DNA of 63,023 nt, filler included, from Salisapilia sapeloensis CBS 127946 (lineage: Eukaryota; Protista; Oomycota): the NCBI GenBank assembly GCA_023334545.1. It is 7 parts of 7 records of this genome, joined end to end, with 100 filler letters (N's around TTAATTAATTAA, not from the genome) between each part and the next. Parts side by side here need not be neighbours in the genome. Positions count along the whole stretch, not along the records: positions 1 to 23,493 come from JAADVB010000263.1; 6 more parts are not named here. One strand, written 5' to 3'. The notes under the pieces were generated by a model. That model saw only the letters and a list, made by a program, of their open reading frames with translations, did not search any database and had not been told where the DNA came from. The first letter of the stretch is position 1, and every line of letters starts with the position of its first letter. Made by a program: the position numbers and the translations under genes. Shown here piece after piece: positions 10,449 to 22,796 of the stretch.

Positions 10449-12693
10449 ATGAACGATACCTTGGAGGACGAGGAGTTCGAGTTCGAGTTGCCAAATAAAC
10501 CATCCGAGTCCATCGATCGATTCCGAACGCTGTCGCTGCCGGCTCGGAGACACCACACGTCCATCGTCCCGATGTCAACGCCTGACCGAGAGCGGCTTTC
10601 TGCTATTGGAAAACTAAAGGAACGGTCGCAGAGCTCGCCTGCCATTCCACCGGAAGGCCGGGAACGAGCAGGTGACCCTGCCATCACACATGCTCTGAAG
10701 TTACTACATAAACTCCAAGGAGACTTGGATACGAATGCCGAGTCAGCTACGATTTCGAGAGGCGAGTTGGACCAAATCATGAGAGGCTTTGCACATGCTT
10801 TCGAGTCGACACTGTCCGTGCTGGAGGAACATGCGGTTCGTCGTTGTATATTAGCTCCACAGGGGCCCGTGGGTAGGTAGTGGAAAGCTGGTCTGATGGA
10901 TGTCGTTCTGTAGGTAGAGGAAGAGATGCAGTCACTGTTCAAGTCCCATGCAAACGTCTTTGACGATAGCGTCCGTCAATTCATCGTCCAGAACATTACG
11001 CCAGAGGTAGACAATGTCCATTCGTACTTGTGCTTTCATGAACTTCATCCAAAGATCATGCGTAGACGGAAAGTTCCAAGACATTCCGGTCCGCAGTGCG
11101 CCGGACTAGTCTCGTCCGACAAGCTGTACTGGGCATGCAGCATACGTCGGACAATGGAAACTCTAGACAGTCGAGCAAGTGGCATCCATCTCTAGTGAAG
11201 CGAGTGCTTGCTCAGAACTGTGGCAACCATGCCGATTTCTATGCTCACATCAGTGATCCAGACGTCCTTACGACCGTCCAGAACGAGCTAGATCGAATTG
11301 ATGCATGGGATTTTGATATTTTACTAGTAGGCTACACTCGTGCTGCATAGAATGTCGAAACAGCTTAACGACGTGGAAACGTAGATCGCCAAAGCAGTCC
11401 CGAGACAAGCACTCAGTATCATCGGCGAGAAGGTAATGGAGCAGTTAGACTGCTGTGCGCAGCTGCAATGCTCCAAGACTACACTTCGAGAGTTCATCCG
11501 TGGGTATGCGATGGAGTGGACGCATTGTAGACACTTGACTGACTTTCAATTGGATACTTGGTAGAGCTAGTGCCGAGTACCACGATCGTCCCTACCATAA
11601 TGGTAACGTCTGTTGTCTTCAAGCAGGTCCTGTGCATTTCCTGTCTAATATATCACGTAGCCGAGCATGCAGCGGATGTCGCCAGGACATTATACCATTT
11701 CATCCAAGTCGGTGGGATTGGTAACTTTCTTACGCCACGCATGAAATGCGTCACGATCGTCGCTGCTATCGTCCACGACATGGTACGCAGCGTTATATGA
11801 GATTCATCTATGGCTATACATTAAGTGACCACCTCGTTCTTATGGTGGAATCAGGGGCATACAGGCTTGTCGAACAACTTTCACATTGCCGTGGAAGACG
11901 ATCTGGCAATGCAGTACCTCTTCAGATCTCCTCTCGAGCACATGCACTGTGCATTGACATTTCAGCTAATGAAGAAGAAGCGGTGTAACATTATACAAAG
12001 CCTTTCGAAAGCGGACCAGTACGAAGTACGTTCTCTATGTCTTGTAGAATGGATACGTGTTTATGATATACGCATATGGTAACCCAGATCCGAAGCTACA
12101 TCACCGACCTCGTGTTGGCTACAGACAACAGTGTCCATGCAACACACTTGGCCAAATTAGAAGGACTAGGTCGAAGGTACGTTGGACTCACATGCCGAAT
12201 CCTTTAGCAGCGCATGAACAAGTCTGATGTGACTAGAGCGAGCGAAATAGACTGGGAACTGTCCGAGCCAGATGACCAGAAGCTCGTTTTGCAGGTTTCC
12301 ATTCTAATGCCCAAGTCTCTCGCCCTGACTTGTCTAATCATTTGAGAGTAGATGTGCCTCCACGCAGCGGATGTATCGAATCCAGCAAAGAGCTTGCGGA
12401 TGGCTACGATCTGGACGGAGCGTGTGATGCTCGAGTTCTACGAGCAAGGCGATAAAGAGCGGGAGCTCTTGATGCCCATCAGCGCTGGTTTCGATCGAGA
12501 GAACCCGATTCCGTTGGAAAAGATCCAGGCAGGCTTTGTCATCGGCATCGTCCGACCCCTGTACCGGGCTCTGTGCGAGATCCCTGGCATTGAGCTCGAG
12601 CACTGTCTGGCGCAACTGAATACGAATCTGGACTACTGGCAGACAGAAATCGAGCGCAAGTCGGCACGAGAAAAGTCCGAGGAAAGCAACTAA
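10449..12693 (+). CDS. Class I 3',5'-cyclic nucleotide phosphodiesterase; about 9 short introns
   Basis: WDFDI, PYHN/AEHAADV, AAIVHDM/GHTGLSNNF, PLEHMHCA, CLHAADVSNPAK, WTERVMLEFYEQGDKER. Each motif is rebuilt across GT-AG introns of about 37-72 nt. Confidence 0.9.
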
Positions 12694-12734
12694 ACGAATA
12701 CCATGTATATAGATTTGAAATGATCGTTTCGAGG

Positions 12735-15700
12735 CTACTCCGTGCCGTCCGAGTCTTGCTGCATCGTCATCTGCGTCGCCTCCTCCTCCTCCTCCTCTTC
12801 CTCACTCCGAGGTCTCTTCTTATTCGTACTGTCGCTCGTGTCGGCCTCTCCTTCATCCTGCATGCGCTCTCGCACGAGGTTTTTATTAAAGCGAAAGTCT
12901 CTCGACTGTCGGAGCTTGCACCAGCTATCAAAATCGTAGTCGGTGCAGACCTTGGACAGTTGTAGCAGCGCGACATCCAGCTGCTCCATCCGGAAGACGA
13001 CTTCCGGAATGAGTTTGGACCATCCAGTCGCGCCAGTCTTCTTCCCCTTGCCTTTCCCTTTGCTCCCACGCATCATCATATTGTCCTTCTCTTCCTTGTG
13101 GATGCAGGCGATGAATTGGAGGAGCGTCGGAGACATATCTCTCGCCAGTCGATCAAACAGGCGCTGAAGGAACTTGGGGAGCGAGCTCTGCTTCCGACGC
13201 ACTCGGACCTTGACGAGCACACCCATCTGCTTATAGACTCTCAGCAGTAGACGAACGACACGTAAGGATAAGGCAGACGTGTTGTGATCCATCGTGATGA
13301 AGGGCTGTAGGATCCCAGCGACATCGTAGATGCGTTTGCACAGAGCCTTGAACTGGAACTGGTCCATCCCTTCCGACGTCCCGATGACGTCTCGAATAGG
13401 AAACCGATTCTCTTCCTCCAACGCATGCAGCGTACTTACGTCACTATCACCAAGCCGAAGCTCCAGTCGTCGCTGTGAAGAGTCAAAGCGTTTGACAGCC
13501 GCCTCCAAGTCAAGAGCTTCCTCCTCGCTCTTGCTAACGACCGCAAAGGCGATAGTCACGATCGCCTTACTCTCCAACATCTCTAGATCCAAAGGCTCCG
13601 GTCCGTCCATCTCGGCAGCAGTGGACTCTGCTCCGTTGCAAAAGTCCAGTAGACCTTTGGTGATCTGAACAGCAAGCGTCGACTGGAACTTACTCTGCGG
13701 ATGCGGCTGGAGAAAGACGAGCGTCATGTTCGTTACGAGGCGCTCGAGATAGACGTTGGCCGTCGTCAGCGTCCTCTTCATCCACTCCAGCTCCTTCTCG
13801 ACAAGCGAAAGCGGCAGGTGGGCGTACATGGTGCTGATCATGTCGAACACGACCGCCGCTTCTTGGAACAAGTGCTTCTGCACGAGCTCATCCAAGAGCA
13901 TCTGGAGCATCTGGGTGGACTTGTGGAGAGACTCAGCGCCTCGCAAGTAGCCAAAGGCCTTTTCATCCGCCAGTCGACACGACGTCAAAGCTTCCATCAT
14001 CCAATCGGCTGTGTCGTCAATGGACGAAAGGGACGTCCAGACGTCGAGCACGAGATAGAAGGCTTCGAGACAAGCGCATCGGACGAGTGCATGGCGCTCT
14101 CGACGTTTCGCGTCTGCGTTGGTGGAAGAGAAGAAGGAGAAGAAGAGCGAGAGAAGGAGCGGTGCGAATTGAGTGGTTAGTGCCACGGCATTTCCGTCCG
14201 ACATCGGTCGCTTCCTCCGCTTCCGAGGCGCCGAGACGACAGACTGGACCACTAGCTCGAGCGTCTCCTTTGCTTTGGCAAGTAGGAAGAGAACCAAGTC
14301 GTCACTGTCTTTCGAAGGCACGTGCTCCTCTCGTTCATATCGCTTCAGCGCTGCTTGGAGCGCAGTCGCGATGTTCGAAGGAGAGACGAGGAGCGCAACG
14401 TCCGTCGGGGCAGCGCGGCGGAAAAAGGTGTCGTCTATCTTGCTCTTGCCCACCACTCGCTTCTGCTTCTTGGGTGACTTCTTACTAGTCGCCACGTCTT
14501 TCAAACTAGCCTCCTCTACTTTCGTCGACACCCACCGATGCATCTGGAGAAAGTGGATACAGTCGTCCCACGTCGACGTATCCAGAGGCCAGGTAGAAGA
14601 CGTCGCGATGCTCCAGTTCATGCAAACCTCCCAGATCGACTGGAGGGTGAGTGCGACCTGGAGATTCGACTCGCCCATACTCTCCTGCAAAACGAACGAC
14701 GAGCTCTTGTCCAGATCGAAGTTGTCGATCGTACACTTTCGCATCCGCTCCATGACACTTTGCATCGTCCTGTCGATCTTTTCAAACGACAGAGTCGCAC
14801 TAGACGCTTGTGTCGACACCTGCGCATCCAACATGTCTTCTACATCCGCACTTTCGTCATACTGCTTTCGTAAATCCAAAACACCAATCGCCAGGAGATG
14901 CAAGAGGTAGCCCAGAGGCTCTTCATACGCCCCCACGCGTTTCGGGAGACAAGCGTCGACTTTGATAGGAGGCAAGACACTAGCATTCGTGTCGATGTAC
15001 GTCTGTAAGTGACGAAAGACCAGATCCAGGACAGCCGGACGGAGCATCGGACACTTTTGAAAGACACGTAAGAGCTCGGCGTACAACGTCAGACGGACGT
15101 TGGGCTGGAGCTGCAGCGCCTTCTTAAAGACACCACAGAACTGTCGAAAGAGCTCTTCCGCAACGACCGTGTCCGTCTGCACTTGAGACCCAGCCACTGG
15201 TCGCTGACTCCCGACACTCGCGTCGTCCGTCGGCTGCTGCGACAAGAGCGTGCCGACGTTCTGCGAGTAGAGCTGAGTGAGCGTTGCGTGTCGCCGGAAG
15301 ACTTGGGACGACAAGCCGAGGAGGAAGGAGAGGCCTTGGATGCCGACGATCCGACTGCCTTCATCCTTTCGAAACATGGCTTTCCGGAGTGTCAGGACAA
15401 AGAGGTTCTTAAGAGAAGGTTCGTCTTGCAGGAGAGGACCCAAGGCAGAGAAGAGGGCAGACGCATCGGACGGAGGCAAGTACGTCATGTACTCTAGACA
15501 GTCCTGGATCTTGGTCAAGAGCCCTCCTTTCATCTCCGAACGATGTCGATCCACCACTCGAGTCAGCAACAGCAGATACACGTGCAAACTACTAGACCTA
15601 GAGATTACGGCACTCATGATACGTTGTACAATCTCCTCTCGCGCAGCTTCTTGCAGGTGAAAGCACCGTAGGATTAGTCGAAGCCCATAGTCTTGCCACA

Positions 15701-17003
15701 GACACAAACCTTTCGTCCTGCGCTCTTTCGTCGACTGCTCCATCAGTCGAAAGCCAAAGGACAGGAGGGTGTGGGTGATCGGGTTCAGAGACCCGTCCTG
15801 GAGGAGCGTCACGGACTCTAGCAAGGCGTCTCGGAAGCTCTGATCGTCGACGTGGCTGTCCGAAGGAGCTTTCTCTCGATACGACTGGATGATGTGCGTC
15901 TGTAGATTCGACAGGACGGTCGACTGGTGCTTCGGACGAGACGCGACGATGAGCAGGAGAGACAGGTTGAAGGACGTGAGATTGCCTGTCTCGAGGTTCA
16001 GTACAGCCAACAGGACAGGTGCGATGCCGTCCTCTTGCTGCAGCAAAAGAGAGAACTCGTACAGCATCGTCGACTGGATCGACCGGAGCTCTCGTAGACT
16101 AGACGTCCGATCATCTTCACTACGACCTCGGGCTGCTCCTATGGCGTTCGAAAGCTGGTCACACAGATGCAGGATCATGGCGAGCATCAGTCGCTTGCAA
16201 AAGACATTCGACAGCTTCCCCACGAGCAGCATGACGTTATAAAAGATAGTCGGGAGGAGCTCATACGTCACGTATCCTTCTCCGACTTCACGAAACTCCT
16301 CCGTGCAGTCTCGTACGATCTTGGAGCACAAGGCTAGCTCCTGCTCCGTGTCGAGAGAAAAGTTACGGAACGTCTTGAGCGCCTGGAGGAAGAAGCGCTT
16401 CGGCCATCTCTGTGCAAAGAGCTTGTTCAGGGCATCGTCCTTGAGCTGTACGCCAGACGCCTCTTTCTCCACTGTCTCAGACGTGTCGAGAGCGACCGTC
16501 GGCACTTGGGCCAGTCGCAGCAGCAGCTGAGGCAGCAGCTCGATCGTGTGCCAGACAAACTCGTTCGAGGTGCTATGCTGACTCTCCGCTAGCTTCTGGA
16601 GGATCGTATCGACTACTATAGGCAAGTCGGACGGTCGTAAGAGATGCACTTGCTGCAGCAAGGTCTCGACGAGCGACGCAACGAGGTCTTTTGGCAGGTC
16701 TTTGGCATGTATAATCGCCACAATCGTCGTAAAAGTTCTTTTCCGCCATGCCTCTCCTTTGCGAGTACCCGTCGGAGCTCGTAGTGCCCAAAAAGCCGCT
16801 CGAACGAGATCAATAAAAGCACTCTGGTCTTGCTTGTCTGCTATCTCGGTAACATGTCGTTCGACTTGGTCTAAAGTCGCTCTGGTAAGGATCTCATATC
16901 CTTTCCTCTCCTTCTGAGGTTTATCCACCTGCTTGGTCTCTCGACAGTCTCGATACTGCTGCAGTAGGTCGACTGCCCATGCGTCGGACATGTCCTTGTC
17001 CAT
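12735..17003 (-). CDS. FANCI: Fanconi anemia group I protein homolog, intronless
   Basis: About 1420 aa helical solenoid with FANCI-diagnostic segments: LTLRKAMF, Q.NVRL.LY, EPLGYLL, IPEVVFRMEQLD..LLQLSK, RDFRF. Confidence 0.85.
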   Translation of the reverse strand: MDKDMSDAWAVDLLQQYRDCRETKQVDKPQKERKGYEILTRATLDQVERHVTEIADKQDQSAFIDLVRAAFWALRAPTGTRKGEAWRKRTFTTIVAIIHAKDLPKDLVASLVETLLQQVHLLRPSDLPIVVDTILQKLAESQHSTSNEFVWHTIELLPQLLLRLAQVPTVALDTSETVEKEASGVQLKDDALNKLFAQRWPKRFFLQALKTFRNFSLDTEQELALCSKIVRDCTEEFREVGEGYVTYELLPTIFYNVMLLVGKLSNVFCKRLMLAMILHLCDQLSNAIGAARGRSEDDRTSSLRELRSIQSTMLYEFSLLLQQEDGIAPVLLAVLNLETGNLTSFNLSLLLIVASRPKHQSTVLSNLQTHIIQSYREKAPSDSHVDDQSFRDALLESVTLLQDGSLNPITHTLLSFGFRLMEQSTKERRTKGLCLWQDYGLRLILRCFHLQEAAREEIVQRIMSAVISRSSSLHVYLLLLTRVVDRHRSEMKGGLLTKIQDCLEYMTYLPPSDASALFSALGPLLQDEPSLKNLFVLTLRKAMFRKDEGSRIVGIQGLSFLLGLSSQVFRRHATLTQLYSQNVGTLLSQQPTDDASVGSQRPVAGSQVQTDTVVAEELFRQFCGVFKKALQLQPNVRLTLYAELLRVFQKCPMLRPAVLDLVFRHLQTYIDTNASVLPPIKVDACLPKRVGAYEEPLGYLLHLLAIGVLDLRKQYDESADVEDMLDAQVSTQASSATLSFEKIDRTMQSVMERMRKCTIDNFDLDKSSSFVLQESMGESNLQVALTLQSIWEVCMNWSIATSSTWPLDTSTWDDCIHFLQMHRWVSTKVEEASLKDVATSKKSPKKQKRVVGKSKIDDTFFRRAAPTDVALLVSPSNIATALQAALKRYEREEHVPSKDSDDLVLFLLAKAKETLELVVQSVVSAPRKRRKRPMSDGNAVALTTQFAPLLLSLFFSFFSSTNADAKRRERHALVRCACLEAFYLVLDVWTSLSSIDDTADWMMEALTSCRLADEKAFGYLRGAESLHKSTQMLQMLLDELVQKHLFQEAAVVFDMISTMYAHLPLSLVEKELEWMKRTLTTANVYLERLVTNMTLVFLQPHPQSKFQSTLAVQITKGLLDFCNGAESTAAEMDGPEPLDLEMLESKAIVTIAFAVVSKSEEEALDLEAAVKRFDSSQRRLELRLGDSDVSTLHALEEENRFPIRDVIGTSEGMDQFQFKALCKRIYDVAGILQPFITMDHNTSALSLRVVRLLLRVYKQMGVLVKVRVRRKQSSLPKFLQRLFDRLARDMSPTLLQFIACIHKEEKDNMMMRGSKGKGKGKKTGATGWSKLIPEVVFRMEQLDVALLQLSKVCTDYDFDSWCKLRQSRDFRFNKNLVRERMQDEGEADTSDSTNKKRPRSEEEEEEEEATQMTMQQDSDGTE

Positions 17004-17110
17004 TTTGTTGCTGCTGGTCTTTTCCTTCAATCACAGTCTCTCAATTCTATTTATATCCAATCGGAAAGAGTGGCGCCACCACTAAGGCGCCAAATTCGTA
17101 TCGGAGCATC

Positions 17111-18816
17111 ATGCATCTCTCCTTCGAAGGTAGGATAGCTCCTAGCTACTTGACAAATAACTCTTTGACACTTGTCTTGATACAGGTATCAAGGTCGACA
17201 TCCCGATCGAAGCTGACAACCTCAGCTTTGACTTTTGCGACGGACAGCTCGTGCTACGCTGCACAGGCTTCACCGGCAGCCTCGTCTTATCCAAGCCACG
17301 TACTTGCTCTATCTTGTTCCGATACCTCTATAAGTCTAATGCAGTGCAATAGAACCTGCTGCAGAGAAGACGCCTCCTTCTCGAACATCCAACGTCGCTC
17401 CAGACAGCTCTCTCCTAGGCTGGGTGGACTCGAGTCAGAGCGGAAGTTCGTCCCACAAGCGTCCGAATCCCAAAGCACAGGATGCACCTGACAAGACCAA
17501 AAAGGCCAAGACGTCCTTGTTCAAGACCCAGGACAAGTCGCAGCAGAAGAAACTCGTCAGCTCTTCGCTCTTCCACCAGACGCCCACAGCCAGTCCAGAC
17601 TCCTCCAACGGCTCCTTCCTGTCGCCAGATCCAAAGATGGAGACTGGCAAGAAGCGCAAGAAGACGAAAAAGACCAAGACCAAGACGAATGCCTTGTCTC
17701 CAGATGAAATTGTCGTGCCTGCGGTACAAGGCAAGTGGGATGTTTTAGACACGACAGGAGCAGACATCCCGGAACGCTGGGGTCTCTCGGCCACCAAGAT
17801 CTCGGACAATCGAGTGCTCGTCTACGGAGGCTCTGACGACGATGAAAGGACACTAGGAGACGTCCACGTCCTCCATCTCGACACGAACGAATGGATATCG
17901 TACCCAGATTCCGACGGCACGAAACGCACGTGGCACTCGAGCGTCTTTCTGCAAGACAAGGAGCTCTTCTTGACCTTTGGAGGAGAAAGAAACGACCAAG
18001 ACCAGCTCCACGTCCTCTCCGATGTCCGAGCACTCGACCCGAGGAGCATGCACTGGTTCCAACCGAGCATCGTCGGCACAGCACCCACCGCCAGGTAATT
18101 TGACACCACTCTCTCGTACCCACAAGACCATCTAACGAGCTAGTAAACTGCAGGAGCGGACATACGTGCACTGTCATCGATAGCGACGTCATCGTATTCG
18201 GTGGGAGTCGAGGTAGAAACCGACAGAGCAACGTCTTTCTACTAGACACAGGTATGTCCTCTCCTCCTCTCCTCCCACCACATCCATCTAATCTTGTCTG
18301 ACAGAGGAATGGACGTGGAAGAGCGTTCAGCCGGAAGGCAAGGGACCGTGTCCGAGAACCTACCACAGCGCCGTCACGATGGCAGACGGAAAGATCGTCA
18401 TCTTCGGAGGGAACGACGCGACAGAGAGCTTTAACAGTGTCCATGTGCTCGAGCGAAAGGGGAAAGGATGGGCGTGGAGCGAACCGGAGGTCGTCGGGCA
18501 GAAGCCCATTCCACGCACTGGACACTCTGCGACGCGGCTGAACGACCATCAGATGCTCGTCTACGGCGGATGGGACCCCCAGAGCGAAGGTGCGCCGACG
18601 CTTTTGACGGTCTTTAACGACGCGTTTGTCCTCGACACGTCGACGTGGGTCTGGACGGCAGTGGACATCCAGAATAAGGAGAATCTCATGGGTCGCGTCG
18701 GACACGCTGGAGTCGTCCAGGGCCAAGACCGAGTGCTCTTGATCGGAGGGCAGGACGGACACGAGCGACGGCAACAGTCCGTGCAGGTGCTGAGCGTAGA
18801 GAAAGACTTGTCCTAA
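17111..18816 (+). CDS. Kelch-repeat beta-propeller protein with an N-terminal extension and basic low-complexity linker; about 4 introns
   Basis: Repeated Kelch blades: VLVYGG, FLTFGG, RTYHSAV..IVIFGG, PRTGHSA..MLVYGG, RVGHAG..VLLIGG. Upstream exons from 17111 splice in frame. Confidence 0.8.
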
Positions 18817-18894
18817 GTACCAAATGCATATTCTTACTTGGGTTGTTAAACTAGCAATGTCCTGTCGACCTTTGCGTCCGGTCTGCGAGAGAGC

Positions 18895-20208
18895 TTAGCC
18901 TATCAGGTCATCGAAATCGAAACTGACACTGTCCAGGAGCCGACTGATATTCTCGTCGGACGGAAGCATGTCCTGATTGCTCACGCCTTGGGCGCGACTC
19001 GTGTCTGTCGGAAACGAAGGGTACGTCGACGTGGACCATGTTGATCGAGTCGGTTCTCGCCATAGACCAGACTCTCGCTCAGGACACATGCGTTTCCAGT
19101 CGGAGGAGCTGGTCGACGTAGAGGAGAACGGAGGGAGGAAGGGGAAGACTGGCAAAAAACCAGAGGAAGACGATGCTGGCGGAGGCAGGGAAGACACTGG
19201 AGTCGGTCGAAGCTGATTTGACCGATGAGCGCTTCCTGATTGCTGGACCATGTTCGGACTCGAGCTCTCTTCCATCGACACGGGAGGATAGGACACGTTC
19301 GGAGCACTCAGCCCGTCTGAAGAGCTCTGGTTGCCACTCTCTTCCTTGAGCTCCCACTTTCTCCGTGCTGCAGAGTTGAATCGATTCTTCACAGCGTTCT
19401 CCGTTCGGCCTGGCAGCATCTTGGCAATCTCGCTCCATCGATTCCCGAGCCTCTGCTGCCAACGAAAGACGATCTCGTCTTCCTCTGGCGTCCACTTGCC
19501 CTTCCGAATGTTCGAGTCCAAGTGGTTGCACCATCGCTCTCGACACTGCTTCCCGATCCGACCCGGGAGGTGGCACGCAATGTCGCACCACCGGATCTTG
19601 CCGACGCCATGTCTCGAGATGAGGTCGACGAGGATCTGGTCTTCCTCTGGCGTCCACGGCCCTTTGATCAAGCCTGGCTTGAGCACCTTGTTCCACCTAT
19701 GGAGACACTGGACGTCTGTCCTTTCGTTCCCGAGCGCCTCCGCCACGCGCTTCCAATTCTTGCCATTGTACTGGAGCACTGCGACCCGGAGCTTGTTGTC
19801 TTCCTCTGGTGTCCATCGCACTGGCGCCTTGGCCTTCCGCTTCCCTTTGCTCGGCTGCTTGGAGAGGCTGTTGAGAGCTCTGGCGTCGGCTTCAATGTCC
19901 TCCGGTACGTCCGTCCCTGGCGTCGAGACAGCAGAAGACGACTGGGGCGTCTGGAGCTGGAAACTGGAGGACGCAAAGGCTTGGACGATGTCTTCTCTCG
20001 GACTCGACGTCACGAGCGAAGGCGAGCGTTGGTTCGACGGCGATTCCCACGCGAACGGAGCAATGTCAGGACGTAGCGTACTGGCAAACGGTCGAGAGAG
20101 CGCGTTGTCTGGCATCGAGTCTCTTGCGACGGACGTGGCTGGGCTCGAGTCGAAGCTCCGATGGCGTTTGGATCGCGGATGCGGCCGAGCGTCGAGCAGG
20201 TCGTCCAT
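18895..20208 (-). CDS. R1R2R3 Myb transcription factor (start uncertain)
   Basis: Three Myb repeats: [77 protein letters not shown]. Confidence 0.9.
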   Translation of the reverse strand: MDDLLDARPHPRSKRHRSFDSSPATSVARDSMPDNALSRPFASTLRPDIAPFAWESPSNQRSPSLVTSSPREDIVQAFASSSFQLQTPQSSSAVSTPGTDVPEDIEADARALNSLSKQPSKGKRKAKAPVRWTPEEDNKLRVAVLQYNGKNWKRVAEALGNERTDVQCLHRWNKVLKPGLIKGPWTPEEDQILVDLISRHGVGKIRWCDIACHLPGRIGKQCRERWCNHLDSNIRKGKWTPEEDEIVFRWQQRLGNRWSEIAKMLPGRTENAVKNRFNSAARRKWELKEESGNQSSSDGLSAPNVSYPPVSMEESSSPNMVQQSGSAHRSNQLRPTPVSSLPPPASSSSGFLPVFPFLPPFSSTSTSSSDWKRMCPERESGLWREPTRSTWSTSTYPSFPTDTSRAQGVSNQDMLPSDENISRLLDSVSFDFDDLIG

Positions 20209-20545
20209 ATCATGGAGACTGGCATCGGAGCTCGTTCGTTTTGAGAGTCTGGGGACAAAGCAGTAGTAGGACACTAGCAGGAGCGAAAGACAGAGTAGAG
20301 ATCAAACCTGGAAGGCAAGTGGGACATGGCAGAGCGGATCGAGAGTAAGAGGCAAGTCAAGAGGCATCGGCCGAGAGACCGGAAAGACTTGACTACCTTG
20401 TCAATCGCCTCGTATTTTCAGACAGGATATTAATAGAATCGAGACGTTGCATGGCGTCAAGTCGACGCGTGCGTCTGACACGGACTTCAACAAGACAGCG
20501 CGTACCAAAGGCGTGGTGCAATTCACTCGTTACACGTCTCTAGGC

Positions 20546-21578
20546 TCAGTCGCTCGTGACGCCAGCCGCGCGCAGCTTTTGTTCGAGCGTTCGGAACTCC
20601 TCCTCGCTCACCTTTTCCACCTCGCTCTCGTCCACCACCTCTTCGATCGTACTTACCTCTGGAATGTAGTGCTTGAGCATGTTCTCCACGCCGTTCTTGA
20701 GCGTCACGGTGGAGCTAGGGCATCCAGCACATGAGCCAGCCAGCTGGACGCTCACGACACCAGTGTCGACGTCAAAGCCCCTAGGTGGAGTGTTAGTTGC
20801 ATTCTTCTTAGCATGGACAGATAGCGTACTTGTAGAAGATGTCTCCTCCGTCTTCCTGGACAGACGGACGGATGCGCTGCTCCAGAAGCTCCTTGATCAT
20901 GGCCACGACTTCATCGTCCTCTGGCAGGATGGTCGTGTCCTATTCGTACGGTCAGTGCGAGTCTAGACGAGCGCTATTGGACAAAGGTACCGTGACGATC
21001 GGCTCGTCTGTCATGATAGGCTCTCCGGAGGCGTAAAAGTCCATGATGGTGGCGAAAATCTCCGAGTTGAGGACGTCCCAGTCGTACTCGTCCGTCTTGG
21101 TGACCGAGACAAAGTCCTTGCCAAAGAAGACGCGGGTGACGCCGTCGATCTGGAACATCTTCTTCGCCAGAGGCGACTGGCGGAGCTCATCGCATCCAGG
21201 CGTAAAGTCCTGTCGTAGCCTATTAGCATGGTCGAGACATTCTACGCAGAGTCTAGGAGACGTACGATGCCGGTGGTGAAGCGTTCGTCCAGGACGTCAC
21301 GTCCAGGCAAGAACTTCATGCTCAGCGGGTTGGGCGTCGGCGCCGTCTGGATGAACATGTTTCTTCTTGCACCTAGATCCATCGTCAGCTTGTTCCTATC
21401 TAGAAGCTCTTCCAGTCGTACCGGTGGTGGCCAAAAGGTCCTGTCGAGAGCTCTGCATCTGAGTCGCAATAGTCTTTCCAGCCAACGGTGTACGGACGGT
21501 GGTAGTGATATTTCGCTCCAGGACACGCGAAGTCCTGTGGACGGAATGGACTGCGAATCGTCGAAGAGAGGACAGCAT
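20546..21578 (-). CDS. NFU1: Mitochondrial Fe-S cluster carrier NFU1; several introns
   Basis: Presequence, [49 protein letters not shown], and the CxxC motif [19 protein letters not shown]. Confidence 0.92.
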
Positions 21579-21680
21579 GCTTCTTGTTCTTCTGGAGAAA
21601 ATGGGAATGGTGGAGAATAGGAAGAGGGAGTACGATTAGCCAACGCTTCCTCATGCGAAGAGACGTACACGCGAGTCGAC

Positions 21681-22745
21681 ATGGGCAACGCCAGTGCCAA
21701 GGGAAGTAAGGACGAGTTCACCTTCGAAGACGACGGTAGGCTTTGGATGTGTACCGTTACCAGCTCTAGACTAACACACCTTGAGCAGATGAAGCCTTCA
21801 CGGAGGCACTCAAGATCAATCTCCAGCGGCTCATCACGTATGCGAAATCCGCTGACACGGCGCTCCAGCGGGAGGTCGCAGAGAAGCTAGCCAACGAAGC
21901 CGTCAAGCGTACGTAGGTAGGATAGATGGGGTAGAGATCGCAGGCTCAACCATGCACGTAGCCGACCGACAGGTGCAGATCGTCGACCTCGATGGACTCC
22001 AGCTCCTCCTGCCGCTCACCAAGTCCAAGGACACCGAAGTCCAGCGTCTCGCAGCGCATGCGCTGGCCAATCTCTCCGTCAACTGTACTTTATATACAAC
22101 CCCCTCTCGATCTTTTTTATAACCATGTTTGGCAGCGGACAACCAGACCAAGATGGCGACGGAAGGAGGCATCGACATGCTCATCGACCTGCTGGAAAGC
22201 ACCAACGAGCACGTCCAGAGACAAGCAGCCAAGGCACTCGCCAACCTAGGCGTCAACGGTACCTATCTGTAAACAAATGCAAATGCAGCGTCTGACGCCA
22301 TGTCGACAGTGGACAACAAGGAGCGGATCGCCAAGGCTGGAGGCATCAAGCCTCTCATTGCCCTCGCCAGCTCCAAGCAGATCGGCGTGGCAGTCGAGGC
22401 CGTCGCAGCACTGGCCAACCTGGCTGTGAACGATGCCAACGAGGTGGAGATCGCCAAGGAAGGCGGGCTGAACCCCATCATCCAAGGCGCCCACTCGGAC
22501 TCGATGGAGCTCCAGTCGCAGGTAGCTCGAGCCCTCCGCAATCTCTCGGTCAACCGTACGTTCTCCCTACCTCTTATCGTCTACTAGACACTAGTAACTT
22601 TTAAACTGCAGCCGAGAACAAGCAGGCCATCGTGGACCTCAAGGGCGTCGAGGCGCTGCAGTCGCTCGTGCGCTCCACCAACGACCGGATATGCCAGCAG
22701 GCCCAACGAGCGCTCGTGAATCTGGGCGTCAACACGAACGAATAA
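21681..22745 (+). CDS. Short armadillo-repeat protein, Vac8-like, with an N-myristoylation motif; several introns
   Basis: Starts MGNASAKGS. ARM repeats VQRLAAHALANLSVN, VQRQAAKALANLGVN, AVEAVAALANLAVND, LQSQVARALRNLSVN. Confidence 0.8.
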
Positions 22746-22796
22746 AGCCTACGAATCAATCTCTTTCATTCCAATCCATCTCTTTTCCTCCGACCT

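Noticed and set aside
17557-18774. 405-aa antisense ORF spanning the Kelch gene, including its introns
   Set aside because: Arg/Ser/Pro-rich shadow translation with no domain, in GC-rich sequence.
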